36,678 nt of DNA from a virus. The notes beneath the pieces were generated by a model. That model searched no databases and was not told the origin of the DNA. It saw only the letters and a program-made list of their open reading frames with translations. A program made the position numbers and the translations under genes. Below, one piece after another: positions 17,529 through 23,985 of this stretch. How positions within the stretch are numbered: the stretch's first letter is position 1; every line of letters starts with the position of its first letter. Location: the IMG/VR virus record IMGVR_UViG_3300045988_058288, positions 1 to 36,678 of that record, one strand, 5' to 3'.

Positions 17529-18334
17529 GATTTCACCTTGTAAGTCCAATCTTTGCCTACTTCACCTTTATCAACTTCATACGCCCAATCTGCTAGAATC
17601 TCATGACCATTCTCATCTACTAGTGTTCCATCTTCTGTTAATAGAATTGTAGTGAAATGGTTCTCCATAATCATCTTTTCAATATTTGAAATTCTGTTCG
17701 ATAGCTTCCCTGCCGTATTTGCGTCTAACGTATCTTTTACAGTTTCAAACCAATCATTGAATTCTGTTCTATTTGCATTCATTTCAGATTCATTCTGAGC
17801 CTTAATTTCTTTGAATAGCTCAGTTACTTGAGTAAATAAATCCAACGATTGTACGCTTTTAATAGCGCTTGTAACTGCTCCACAACGTGTAAAATCTAAT
17901 CTTGTATCAGTAATATCTGAGCCTTTAACTTCGCTTGCATTGCCTGTTACTGTTACCGTAGCTAATACTAAATCGTAAATAGAATCACTTCTTGTGATTC
18001 CATCATTGATATCACTTGCTACTAAGGTAATGTTTCTGTATGCGTCATTATCATTCAGTCTAAGAATAATATTGTAGCTTTTAGTTGCGCTATTCTTTTC
18101 TAGTGTGATGGTTTCGTCATCTTTCTGCCAATAGAACGCTCCGTTAATATTTGCTCTTCCTGCCTTAACTGTAAGTGTTAAGCCTTGAGCTTTCTCAACC
18201 CTTAAATGGTCTGAACTAGAATCATCTACGAACACGCCATTCGTAAAATAGCTTGAGAACAATCTTCTGAAAGCGTCATATAATACTAATCTATCGCCAT
18301 TTCTTGAGACGAATGGAAAATATGTAGTTGCTAT
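17525..18334 (-). CDS. Fibre / structural protein; proposed ATA start
   Basis: The track starts at TTG 18262. The frame opens at a TGA two codons before ATA 18332-18334, and that ATA overlaps the portal stop as ATAG. This adds MATTYFPFVSRNGDRLVLYDAFRR. GAGGGGGA lies 9 nt upstream. Confidence 0.6.
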   Translation of the reverse strand: MATTYFPFVSRNGDRLVLYDAFRRLFSSYFTNGVFVDDSSSDHLRVEKAQGLTLTVKAGRANINGAFYWQKDDETITLEKNSATKSYNIILRLNDNDAYRNITLVASDINDGITRSDSIYDLVLATVTVTGNASEVKGSDITDTRLDFTRCGAVTSAIKSVQSLDLFTQVTELFKEIKAQNESEMNANRTEFNDWFETVKDTLDANTAGKLSNRISNIEKMIMENHFTTILLTEDGTLVDENGHEILADWAYEVDKGEVGKDWTYKVKS

Positions 18335-19734
18335 TCTTCGTCATCCCCCTCTCCATCATCTTGAATTTCTTCATTCAACAATTCCGTTGCTTCTTCTTCT
18401 GTGAATCCGTATTGTTTCATTAAATACATAATCTTTAATCTTGGAATATCAAATGTAAGTGCGTCATTTCTTAACGCTTGTGCCGTGCTTTGCTTATCCT
18501 CAATGTATGTATCGTCATAATCAATAGCAATGTCTAATGAATTGATATTAAGCTTTCTGCCTTGTGTTAATTCATAGAAGTATGCTATTGCTTGAATGAT
18601 ATCTTGAATATATGCAGTAGATTCTTTACGTTGTGAATTTACTTCTTTCATTGCGTCTTGATTTTCGCCGATATATTCTGTAGCCGTTACGATTCTTCCA
18701 CTTTCAAACGTGTATTTCTTCGTGCCAAATCCAAACATCATTGATAATATGCTCAATGCCGTTTCTAGTGATTGTACAACTTCTTGTGTTCTAACTGTTG
18801 GATTGTATTCCTGCCATAAAGCTTTTTCTTCCGGAAGCTTATCTCTACCTAACTGAACGAAAATCTTTTTCATTTGTGGATTCATCTTAATCTTTCCATT
18901 CTCGTCTTTCTGCATTAATGCTTCATTCACAAGAACGATTTTATCTGATTTCAACAAATCACGATTCCACATTGTCATTGTTAAATCGATTGTTTTCAAT
19001 GGAGCAATTGCGCTCCAAATCTTCGGCAAGCCGTAACCTTGCATTTGTAAGTTGTTTACCTTTGCGTTTCTCATAATTGCAAACGGTTTTACAACATCTA
19101 GTTGAACAATCTGAGCACGGTCTTTTATTTCTTCGCCTGTTTCTTTAAAGTAATGTGTTTCTGCAATATATCTTTCGTCTTGCCCTTTTAGGAACATGAC
19201 CATCACATATACTTTTTTTAGTTTCTCATAATTTACTCCAACGAAAGCCACTTCCACAATTTCATCGTTAATAACAGTTAATGGTAGGATATTCATTGAA
19301 TCACAATAGTTGATTCTGATTTCTCCCCCACTAAAACTACCATCTTCATAAATCTCGGCATTCGATACCGTCACATAAGCTCCTACTGTGCCGTTTGCAG
19401 ACATTTGCTCAACTTGCTTCCTATACATAACATCAAATCTATTCTTTGTTAGAATGTCTGAAATAATGTCATTTGTTGTACTGTCCTCAGTTGCGTTTAT
19501 ATCTAGGATTTCAATGAGGTTCGCGTCATCCTCGCATAGACGCTTTGCAAAGTCTGTTTTATCAAGCGTGTATTCCTCATTGTTCAAGGTGTATGCCGTA
19601 TGAAATTCTGTTTCGGTATTCGTATACCACTTATTACACAATTCAATAATTTCAATTGCGTTTGTATCTACATAATACCCTCTTTCGTTTAGGTAATTCT
19701 GAAACCACGGTCTACGTGTGTTAGATGTTTCTAT
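18331..19734 (-). CDS. Portal protein (SPP1 gp6-like); proposed ATA start
   Basis: The track starts at TTG 19641. The frame opens one codon before ATA 19732-19734. AGGAGG (19741-19746, minus-strand reading) lies 6 nt upstream. This adds METSNTRRPWFQNYLNERGYYVDTNAIEIIE. Confidence 0.75.
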   Translation of the reverse strand: METSNTRRPWFQNYLNERGYYVDTNAIEIIELCNKWYTNTETEFHTAYTLNNEEYTLDKTDFAKRLCEDDANLIEILDINATEDSTTNDIISDILTKNRFDVMYRKQVEQMSANGTVGAYVTVSNAEIYEDGSFSGGEIRINYCDSMNILPLTVINDEIVEVAFVGVNYEKLKKVYVMVMFLKGQDERYIAETHYFKETGEEIKDRAQIVQLDVVKPFAIMRNAKVNNLQMQGYGLPKIWSAIAPLKTIDLTMTMWNRDLLKSDKIVLVNEALMQKDENGKIKMNPQMKKIFVQLGRDKLPEEKALWQEYNPTVRTQEVVQSLETALSILSMMFGFGTKKYTFESGRIVTATEYIGENQDAMKEVNSQRKESTAYIQDIIQAIAYFYELTQGRKLNINSLDIAIDYDDTYIEDKQSTAQALRNDALTFDIPRLKIMYLMKQYGFTEEEATELLNEEIQDDGEGDDEE

Positions 19735-19737
19735 TTC

Positions 19738-21072
19738 TTACCTCCTTAAATCTATATATCCACTATGGGTTATAAATGTATAGCAGAACGAATCCCAATC
19801 ATCATTGATATTGTTTACGTTCTCATCTTTTGGAATGTCTTTCTTTTCATCCCATACTAATTCGCTCAATGCGTTTATTAAGTTCTTACAGTGTTCTTCT
19901 ATCTTTAACCTACCTGTTACAAGTAAGCTATCAACCGTTATAGGACGGTCTGTAAGCTCATTCTTCTTAACCGGTGCAATTATACTACCATCTAATCCTT
20001 CGGCGTAAAAATAAGCTCTAAGCGTGTTTATCAACGTATTAGAAGCACTGTCCGGAAATATCCATTCTACATATCCGTAACATTCAATACAACGCTTATA
20101 GAACCTTACAAACGCTTTGCAGAACTTTGTTGCGTCTATTGCATTTGACTTTGCCATATCTCCCTCATCGAGCGCCCACACACAATCCCAATCATTTGTG
20201 AATCCTGTTAAGTGCCATGAGTACTTTGAACCATTGTCTCCAAAGTCAACGCCTATGATTAAATGACTAAACCTTTTTCCTTGTTCTTTCATCTTCTCTT
20301 TTAAATGTTGATACTTGAATAAATAAGGTTTGCAGTTATTAGCAAAATAAGGGAACACAAGTCCTTCGGCTTCTTCCCTTTGCCCTTTTATATCTCTTTT
20401 GTAATAAACGCTATTCTTATCGTATGATTTCAAGACCGTTCTTATCTGCTCATCACTCAAAGAATAATTATCAACTAAGGTGGTATGCCCATAGTTGTAG
20501 CCATATGTAGAATCTTTATTCTGTTGCTCCTCATGATATCTCAAGAAATCTGTGTAATACCAATGATTCTTGCCTTTGGGGTTTAAATCATGAAATATCT
20601 TTCGATTGCTTGAAGCTATCGTTCTATCCATCACTTCTTGTAGAAACTCAATGCAACAAAGATTTGCTTCTGTTACATATGCCATTCCATATGAATAACC
20701 ATGTATCGCATTCTCTGAGCCTTTCTTAGCGCCACCGGCAAAGAATACAACCTTTTCTCCTACCTTTGTATTGATGTAATAACAATCCTTGCCTTCATAC
20801 TTCCCTACCTTGAACCTATTCGCAAAGTAGTTTTGTAAGCCGTATCCGTTACAATCTCCAATATTCACACGTGCAGATGATGTATCTGTTCCTGCTATCA
20901 AATGGAATTTATCCGGATGTGTTTCTAAAGCGATACAGAAAGCGTATGTGTTGAGTACGTTCTTTCCTCCACGTTTACCACCTTCTAAAACATTAAGCCA
21001 TGAATCAAATGTTTTTTTAAGATAAGTTAATTGTTTTTGATTGAATGGTGCAGGCTTATTCAAAGTCTTCAA
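19738..21072 (-). CDS. terL: Terminase large subunit
   Basis: 444 aa with a Walker-A-like GGKRGGKN and C-terminal nuclease-type acidic motifs. TTG start, coupled to terS by a 17-nt overlap. Confidence 0.85.
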   Translation of the reverse strand: MKTLNKPAPFNQKQLTYLKKTFDSWLNVLEGGKRGGKNVLNTYAFCIALETHPDKFHLIAGTDTSSARVNIGDCNGYGLQNYFANRFKVGKYEGKDCYYINTKVGEKVVFFAGGAKKGSENAIHGYSYGMAYVTEANLCCIEFLQEVMDRTIASSNRKIFHDLNPKGKNHWYYTDFLRYHEEQQNKDSTYGYNYGHTTLVDNYSLSDEQIRTVLKSYDKNSVYYKRDIKGQREEAEGLVFPYFANNCKPYLFKYQHLKEKMKEQGKRFSHLIIGVDFGDNGSKYSWHLTGFTNDWDCVWALDEGDMAKSNAIDATKFCKAFVRFYKRCIECYGYVEWIFPDSASNTLINTLRAYFYAEGLDGSIIAPVKKNELTDRPITVDSLLVTGRLKIEEHCKNLINALSELVWDEKKDIPKDENVNNINDDWDSFCYTFITHSGYIDLRR

Positions 21073-21442
21073 TTCTTCTTTCTTTTGCTACATCTGTAAT
21101 CATAGCTTTATTAATTGCATTTACTTCTGAAGCGTCAAAATGTGTTTCTACCTTATCTGCTTGACCTAGGAATTGTTTTCCTAAGAAAATAGCCATTGCA
21201 GGACTCTTTGAAGCAAGTTTAAATTGCGCTCTTCGTAACGAAATTCTTCCTTGTGCGCCGAACCTTTTTAAACATTCGGAGAAATCAGTTCCATATGTAC
21301 GTTTACACCAATTTGATAATGTCTTATCTGTCGTGTTAAAAAAGTAGCATACTTCTGCTTGTGTGCATTGAATAGCTAACAATTTTTCAAATTCTTCTTT
21401 GTCGAAATCCTTGTTAGGCCTTCCAACTTTTCCATTCGCTAT
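21056..21442 (-). CDS. terS: Terminase small subunit (HTH); proposed ATA start
   Basis: The track starts at TTG 21382. The upstream frame reads TAG AAA GGG GAT GTA ATA ATA GCG..., which adds MANGKVGRPNKDFDKEEFEKL. The start is ATA at 21440-21442 or 21443-21445, after the AAAGGGGA motif. Confidence 0.7.
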   Translation of the reverse strand: MANGKVGRPNKDFDKEEFEKLLAIQCTQAEVCYFFNTTDKTLSNWCKRTYGTDFSECLKRFGAQGRISLRRAQFKLASKSPAMAIFLGKQFLGQADKVETHFDASEVNAINKAMITDVAKERRIEDFE

Positions 21443-21499
21443 TATTACATCCCCTTTCTATATTTATCACTCAATATTTTTGGTGTACAATGTTCCAAA

Positions 21500-21778
21500 T
21501 CAACTTTGTGGTGCATTCTTTTCGTAATGTGCGATGTCATCAATCTTTAATCTAATAGTTTCTGCTTTATCACCCTTGTATTCATCAACGTATAATTCAT
21601 TTTTATCGCCGTTATACGTTACTTCATAATAATCATCCGTGCTCATAGCACTAATCAATGCTTTATTGTTTTGAAGTACTTTAACCATCCATACAACAAA
21701 CATTTCACTGATTGCAATATTTGGGTTTACTCGAAATACTGCATTCATTGCTAATTCTTGAAATTCTTTTGAACCCAT
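21500..21778 (-). CDS. Hypothetical protein (first late ORF)
   Basis: 92 aa with AAGGAGGAGAAT-ATG. Confidence 0.55.
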   Translation of the reverse strand: MGSKEFQELAMNAVFRVNPNIAISEMFVVWMVKVLQNNKALISAMSTDDYYEVTYNGDKNELYVDEYKGDKAETIRLKIDDIAHYEKNAPQS

Positions 21779-21796
21779 ATTCTCCTCCTTATTATT

Positions 21797-21821
21797 AAAA
21801 GAACCGAGACAAATGCTCGGT
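21797..21821 (-). terminator. Hairpin plus T-tract between the tRNA and the late ORFs (terminator or attenuator)
   Basis: The minus strand reads ACCGAG-CATTTGT-CTCGGT followed by TCTTTT. It ends about 18 nt before the ATG at 21778. Confidence 0.5.
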
Positions 21822-21903
21822 AATATATCAAAGCCTAATTGTATGCCATTGTTGGTATTTAATATCTAATTTGGGAAGGACTTACTGATAGGCTTTGTAA
21901 ACA

Positions 21904-21979
21904 TGGTTGCAGGAGAAGGAATTGCACTCTTCGACCTCTAGCTAATAAGACTAGTGAGCTACTACTGCTCTATCCTGCT
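21904..21979 (-). tRNA. tRNA with UAU anticodon and initiator-like identity elements
   Basis: The reverse complement reads AGCAGGA TA GAGC AGTAGTA GCTC A CTAGT CTTATTA GCTAG AGGTC GAAGA GTGCAAT TCCTTC TCCTGCA A CCA, 76 nt in total. It folds as a cloverleaf with these elements: an A1xA72 mismatch, G2:C71, C3:G70 and U8. The D stem is GAGC/GCTC (A11:U24). The 7-nt anticodon loop is C-U-UAU-U-A and the variable loop is AGGTC. Discriminator A73 and the CCA end are encoded. The T arm is imperfect, with a bulged C and a loop that is not TTC-type. Confidence 0.75.
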
Positions 21980-21985
21980 AAAACA

Positions 21986-21994
21986 ATTATCGCA
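21986..21994 (-). promoter_or_regulatory. Putative extended -10 promoter (TGCGATAAT) directly upstream of the tRNA
   Basis: The minus strand reads TTTTTTCATGCGATAAT-TGTTTT-A. The 6-nt gap places the predicted transcription start at tRNA position 1 (21979). Confidence 0.4.
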
Positions 21995-21996
21995 TG

Positions 21997-22018
21997 AAAA
22001 AATGCTCACATTGTGAGC
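21997..22018 (-). terminator. Rho-independent terminator overlapping the stop codon of the 22006-22332 gene
   Basis: The minus strand reads GCTCAC-AAT-GTGAGC followed by ATTTTTT. Confidence 0.55.
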
Positions 22019-22332
22019 ACTTTCTTTAAGTTTTTATTTATTTTTCTTGGGATTTCTTCTCTTGCATAACCTACAATATTAGATGTTTTTTCTGCACTGA
22101 ATCCCTTTATATATCTATACTCAATCATTGTCCTAGTAGTATCGTCAAGTTGGCTTAATTTGTCTTTTACATAGTTCATTCTTCTTGCATAATCTGCATG
22201 AGCCAAGAATAGCTCGGCTTTTAAAGGATAAATAGCTTCATCCCTTTGTAGCTCTGCTATCTTTTGCTCATAATATGTGTATGATTGGCATTCACACAAG
22301 AAGTGTCTCTTAATATCTTCATACGTGCTCAT
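22006..22332 (-). CDS. Putative late-gene transcriptional regulator (sigma region-4-like HTH; ArpU/RinA-type position)
   Basis: 108 aa. The C-terminal RTMIEYRYIKGFSAEKTSNIVGYAREEIPRKINKNLKK resembles region 4. It is the last early gene before the terminase module. Confidence 0.45.
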   Translation of the reverse strand: MSTYEDIKRHFLCECQSYTYYEQKIAELQRDEAIYPLKAELFLAHADYARRMNYVKDKLSQLDDTTRTMIEYRYIKGFSAEKTSNIVGYAREEIPRKINKNLKKVLTM

Positions 22333-22532
22333 GAACTGTATACCTTATACAATCTATCTTTTAATTCGCCAACTTCACTTCTTAATTTCTTGATTTCTTT
22401 AGCTTGAGTATGAATTGTTGTGTTTCTTTCTTTTATAGTCTGCTCCAATTCAATATTCTTCCTTCCTTGTCTATTGTTTTTAGAAATTAACTCTTTAATC
22501 CTTTCTTCATAATTCATTTCTATTAATTTCAC
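22329..22532 (-). CDS. Hypothetical coiled-coil protein
   Basis: ORF track, 67 aa, overlaps its neighbour. Confidence 0.5.
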   Translation of the reverse strand: MKLIEMNYEERIKELISKNNRQGRKNIELEQTIKERNTTIHTQAKEIKKLRSEVGELKDRLYKVYSS

Positions 22533-22535
22533 CTC

Positions 22536-23018
22536 CTAGAATGGTAAATCATCTGAAGCAATATCTAAATCACTTTCACCATTATATTCTTGTTGTGCAA
22601 TTTGTTGTGTCAAACTAGGTTGCGTATATGTGTTTTGAACGCCGTAAGTGTTGTTATATGCTCGATTAGGTTGTTGATATGTATTTACATTATGATTGTA
22701 ATTTTGCCCATTAGAAGCGTTTTTAGGCGGTAATTGTACGTTACTAGCTACAACTTCAGTGATATATATTCTTTGCCCTTGTTGATTCTCATAATTTCTA
22801 ACACTGATTCTTCCTTCAACTGTAACTAAATCACCTTTCTTGCAATACATATTTACGATATCTGCCAATTTATTCCATGCTACACAATTAATAAAATCTG
22901 TAGTATCATTGTATCCATTTACTGCTACTGTAAACTTTGCTACGCTATTTCCATTTTGTGTTTTTGATAGTTCAACATCTTTAGTTAGATGTCCTGCTAT
23001 TACTGCTACATTAATCAT
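22536..23018 (-). CDS. ssb: Single-stranded DNA-binding protein
   Basis: The N-terminal OB fold begins MINVAVIAGHLTKDVEL. The tail is Q/N/Y-rich and the acidic C-terminus ends in DDLPF. Confidence 0.9.
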   Translation of the reverse strand: MINVAVIAGHLTKDVELSKTQNGNSVAKFTVAVNGYNDTTDFINCVAWNKLADIVNMYCKKGDLVTVEGRISVRNYENQQGQRIYITEVVASNVQLPPKNASNGQNYNHNVNTYQQPNRAYNNTYGVQNTYTQPSLTQQIAQQEYNGESDLDIASDDLPF

Positions 23019-23033
23019 TTTTTTACCTCTTTT

Positions 23034-23552
23034 CTAGTTTTTGCTTACCTCACAATTATCTAAGATTTCACAAATTGGAATATTTGTATCAATGTCTTTA
23101 AAATATCCCTTTTCACGCATTTTAAACAAATGTGTTTGATTTGCAATTTTATTATACGTTTTAAAATCTTTATGCACACTTAACAAATCATACTCAAATT
23201 GAGTTAGCTTATATGTTGGCTTTTTGTATGGACTTGCCAACCATTCAAATCTTTTTTCTCCACAACAGTCACAATTGAAATCGCATTCGTCACAATTTGT
23301 ATCTTCACATGGTTTAGGCTCGCCATTTACTACCGCTAAATTATATTTAACATTTTGCACAATTTCATCTTTGAAGTGTTCGTAATTAGTTTCTGCTTTT
23401 TCTTCAAAATGCTCATTTACTAGTTCACGTAAAAGATTTAAATTGTCGTCAAATCTTCTCGTTTGACTGTTTAAAAAAGTAATACCGTAAAAAGCGTCAT
23501 TCATTTCTTTTAATGCTTTTTCATATTCTTCTTTTGTTGTCATTAAATCCAC
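23034..23552 (-). CDS. Hypothetical Cys-rich protein
   Basis: 172 aa with the cluster CEDTNCDECDFNCDCCGEKRF. Confidence 0.5.
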   Translation of the reverse strand: MDLMTTKEEYEKALKEMNDAFYGITFLNSQTRRFDDNLNLLRELVNEHFEEKAETNYEHFKDEIVQNVKYNLAVVNGEPKPCEDTNCDECDFNCDCCGEKRFEWLASPYKKPTYKLTQFEYDLLSVHKDFKTYNKIANQTHLFKMREKGYFKDIDTNIPICEILDNCEVSKN

Positions 23553-23767
23553 CCCAATTCCTTACACTGTTGATTAATTGCTAGTAATAAATCATTCTCG
23601 ATTACAACTTCCATATTAGTTTCTATTTCAATTTCGTTTTCTGATAAATTAAATATGATTTCAAAATATCCACTTCCAAAATCTTGCGAATAAGTTATTT
23701 TCCCATTTTCTACATTCTTCTTATATCCGAGTTCTTCAAATGTTTCTATTGTGCTCATCATGACCAC
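23543..23767 (-). CDS. Small hypothetical protein, paralog 3 of a tandem trio
   Basis: Shares the FEELGYKK...IIFNL...QQCKELGW pattern with the two upstream ORFs. Confidence 0.5.
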   Translation of the reverse strand: MVMMSTIETFEELGYKKNVENGKITYSQDFGSGYFEIIFNLSENEIEIETNMEVVIENDLLLAINQQCKELGWI

Positions 23768-23985
23768 CCTAATTCCTTCATCTGTTGTTGAACCGCTTTT
23801 AACTCATTTGCAGTTAAACTTTTTATTGAATTTGCCATCCCACATTCCGTATATGAATAAAAGATTTTATCTTTTAAATTAAATTGAATTATGTAACGCA
23901 TAATACTTCCTTTTTCATACACAATACAATCGCCAAAAGTACGTTTTTTATACCCTAGCTTTTTAAACATTTCTTTTGCATTCAT
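23758..23985 (-). CDS. Small hypothetical protein, paralog 2
   Basis: Pattern MFKKLGYKK...IIQFNLKDK...QQQMKELGW. Confidence 0.5.
   Translation of the reverse strand: MNAKEMFKKLGYKKRTFGDCIVYEKGSIMRYIIQFNLKDKIFYSYTECGMANSIKSLTANELKAVQQQMKELGWS

Noticed and set aside
14521-18334. Diversity-generating retroelement or phase-variable fibre cassette in the fibre module.
   Set aside because: There is no reverse transcriptase gene, no template/variable repeat pair and no invertase or inverted repeats. Only protein-level similarity between the C-terminal modules was found.
21445-21450. An out-of-frame ATG-TAA minimal start-stop ORF within the terS ribosome-binding region (GGGGATGTAATAATAG).
   Set aside because: The ATG is only about 1-2 nt from the SD-like GGGGA, which is too close for initiation. 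It is probably coincidental in AT-rich sequence.
5813-21499. Alternative explanations for the coding gaps upstream of late genes: genetic code 4 (TGA read as Trp), frameshifts, or ATG-to-ATA mutations that make pseudogenes.
   Set aside because: The extended frames contain no stop codons at all, so no recoding is needed. Frames that pass through TGA give nonsense sequence. Eleven independent inactivating mutations, all at the start codon and all yielding ATA at correct SD spacing in essential genes, is implausible for decay.
21829-21898. A long-range inverted repeat AAAGCCTA...TAGGCTTT downstream of the tRNA, considered as a possible second tRNA-like gene or structured RNA.
   Set aside because: I could not draw D, anticodon or T arms. 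A 53-nt AT-rich loop has no further convincing pairing.
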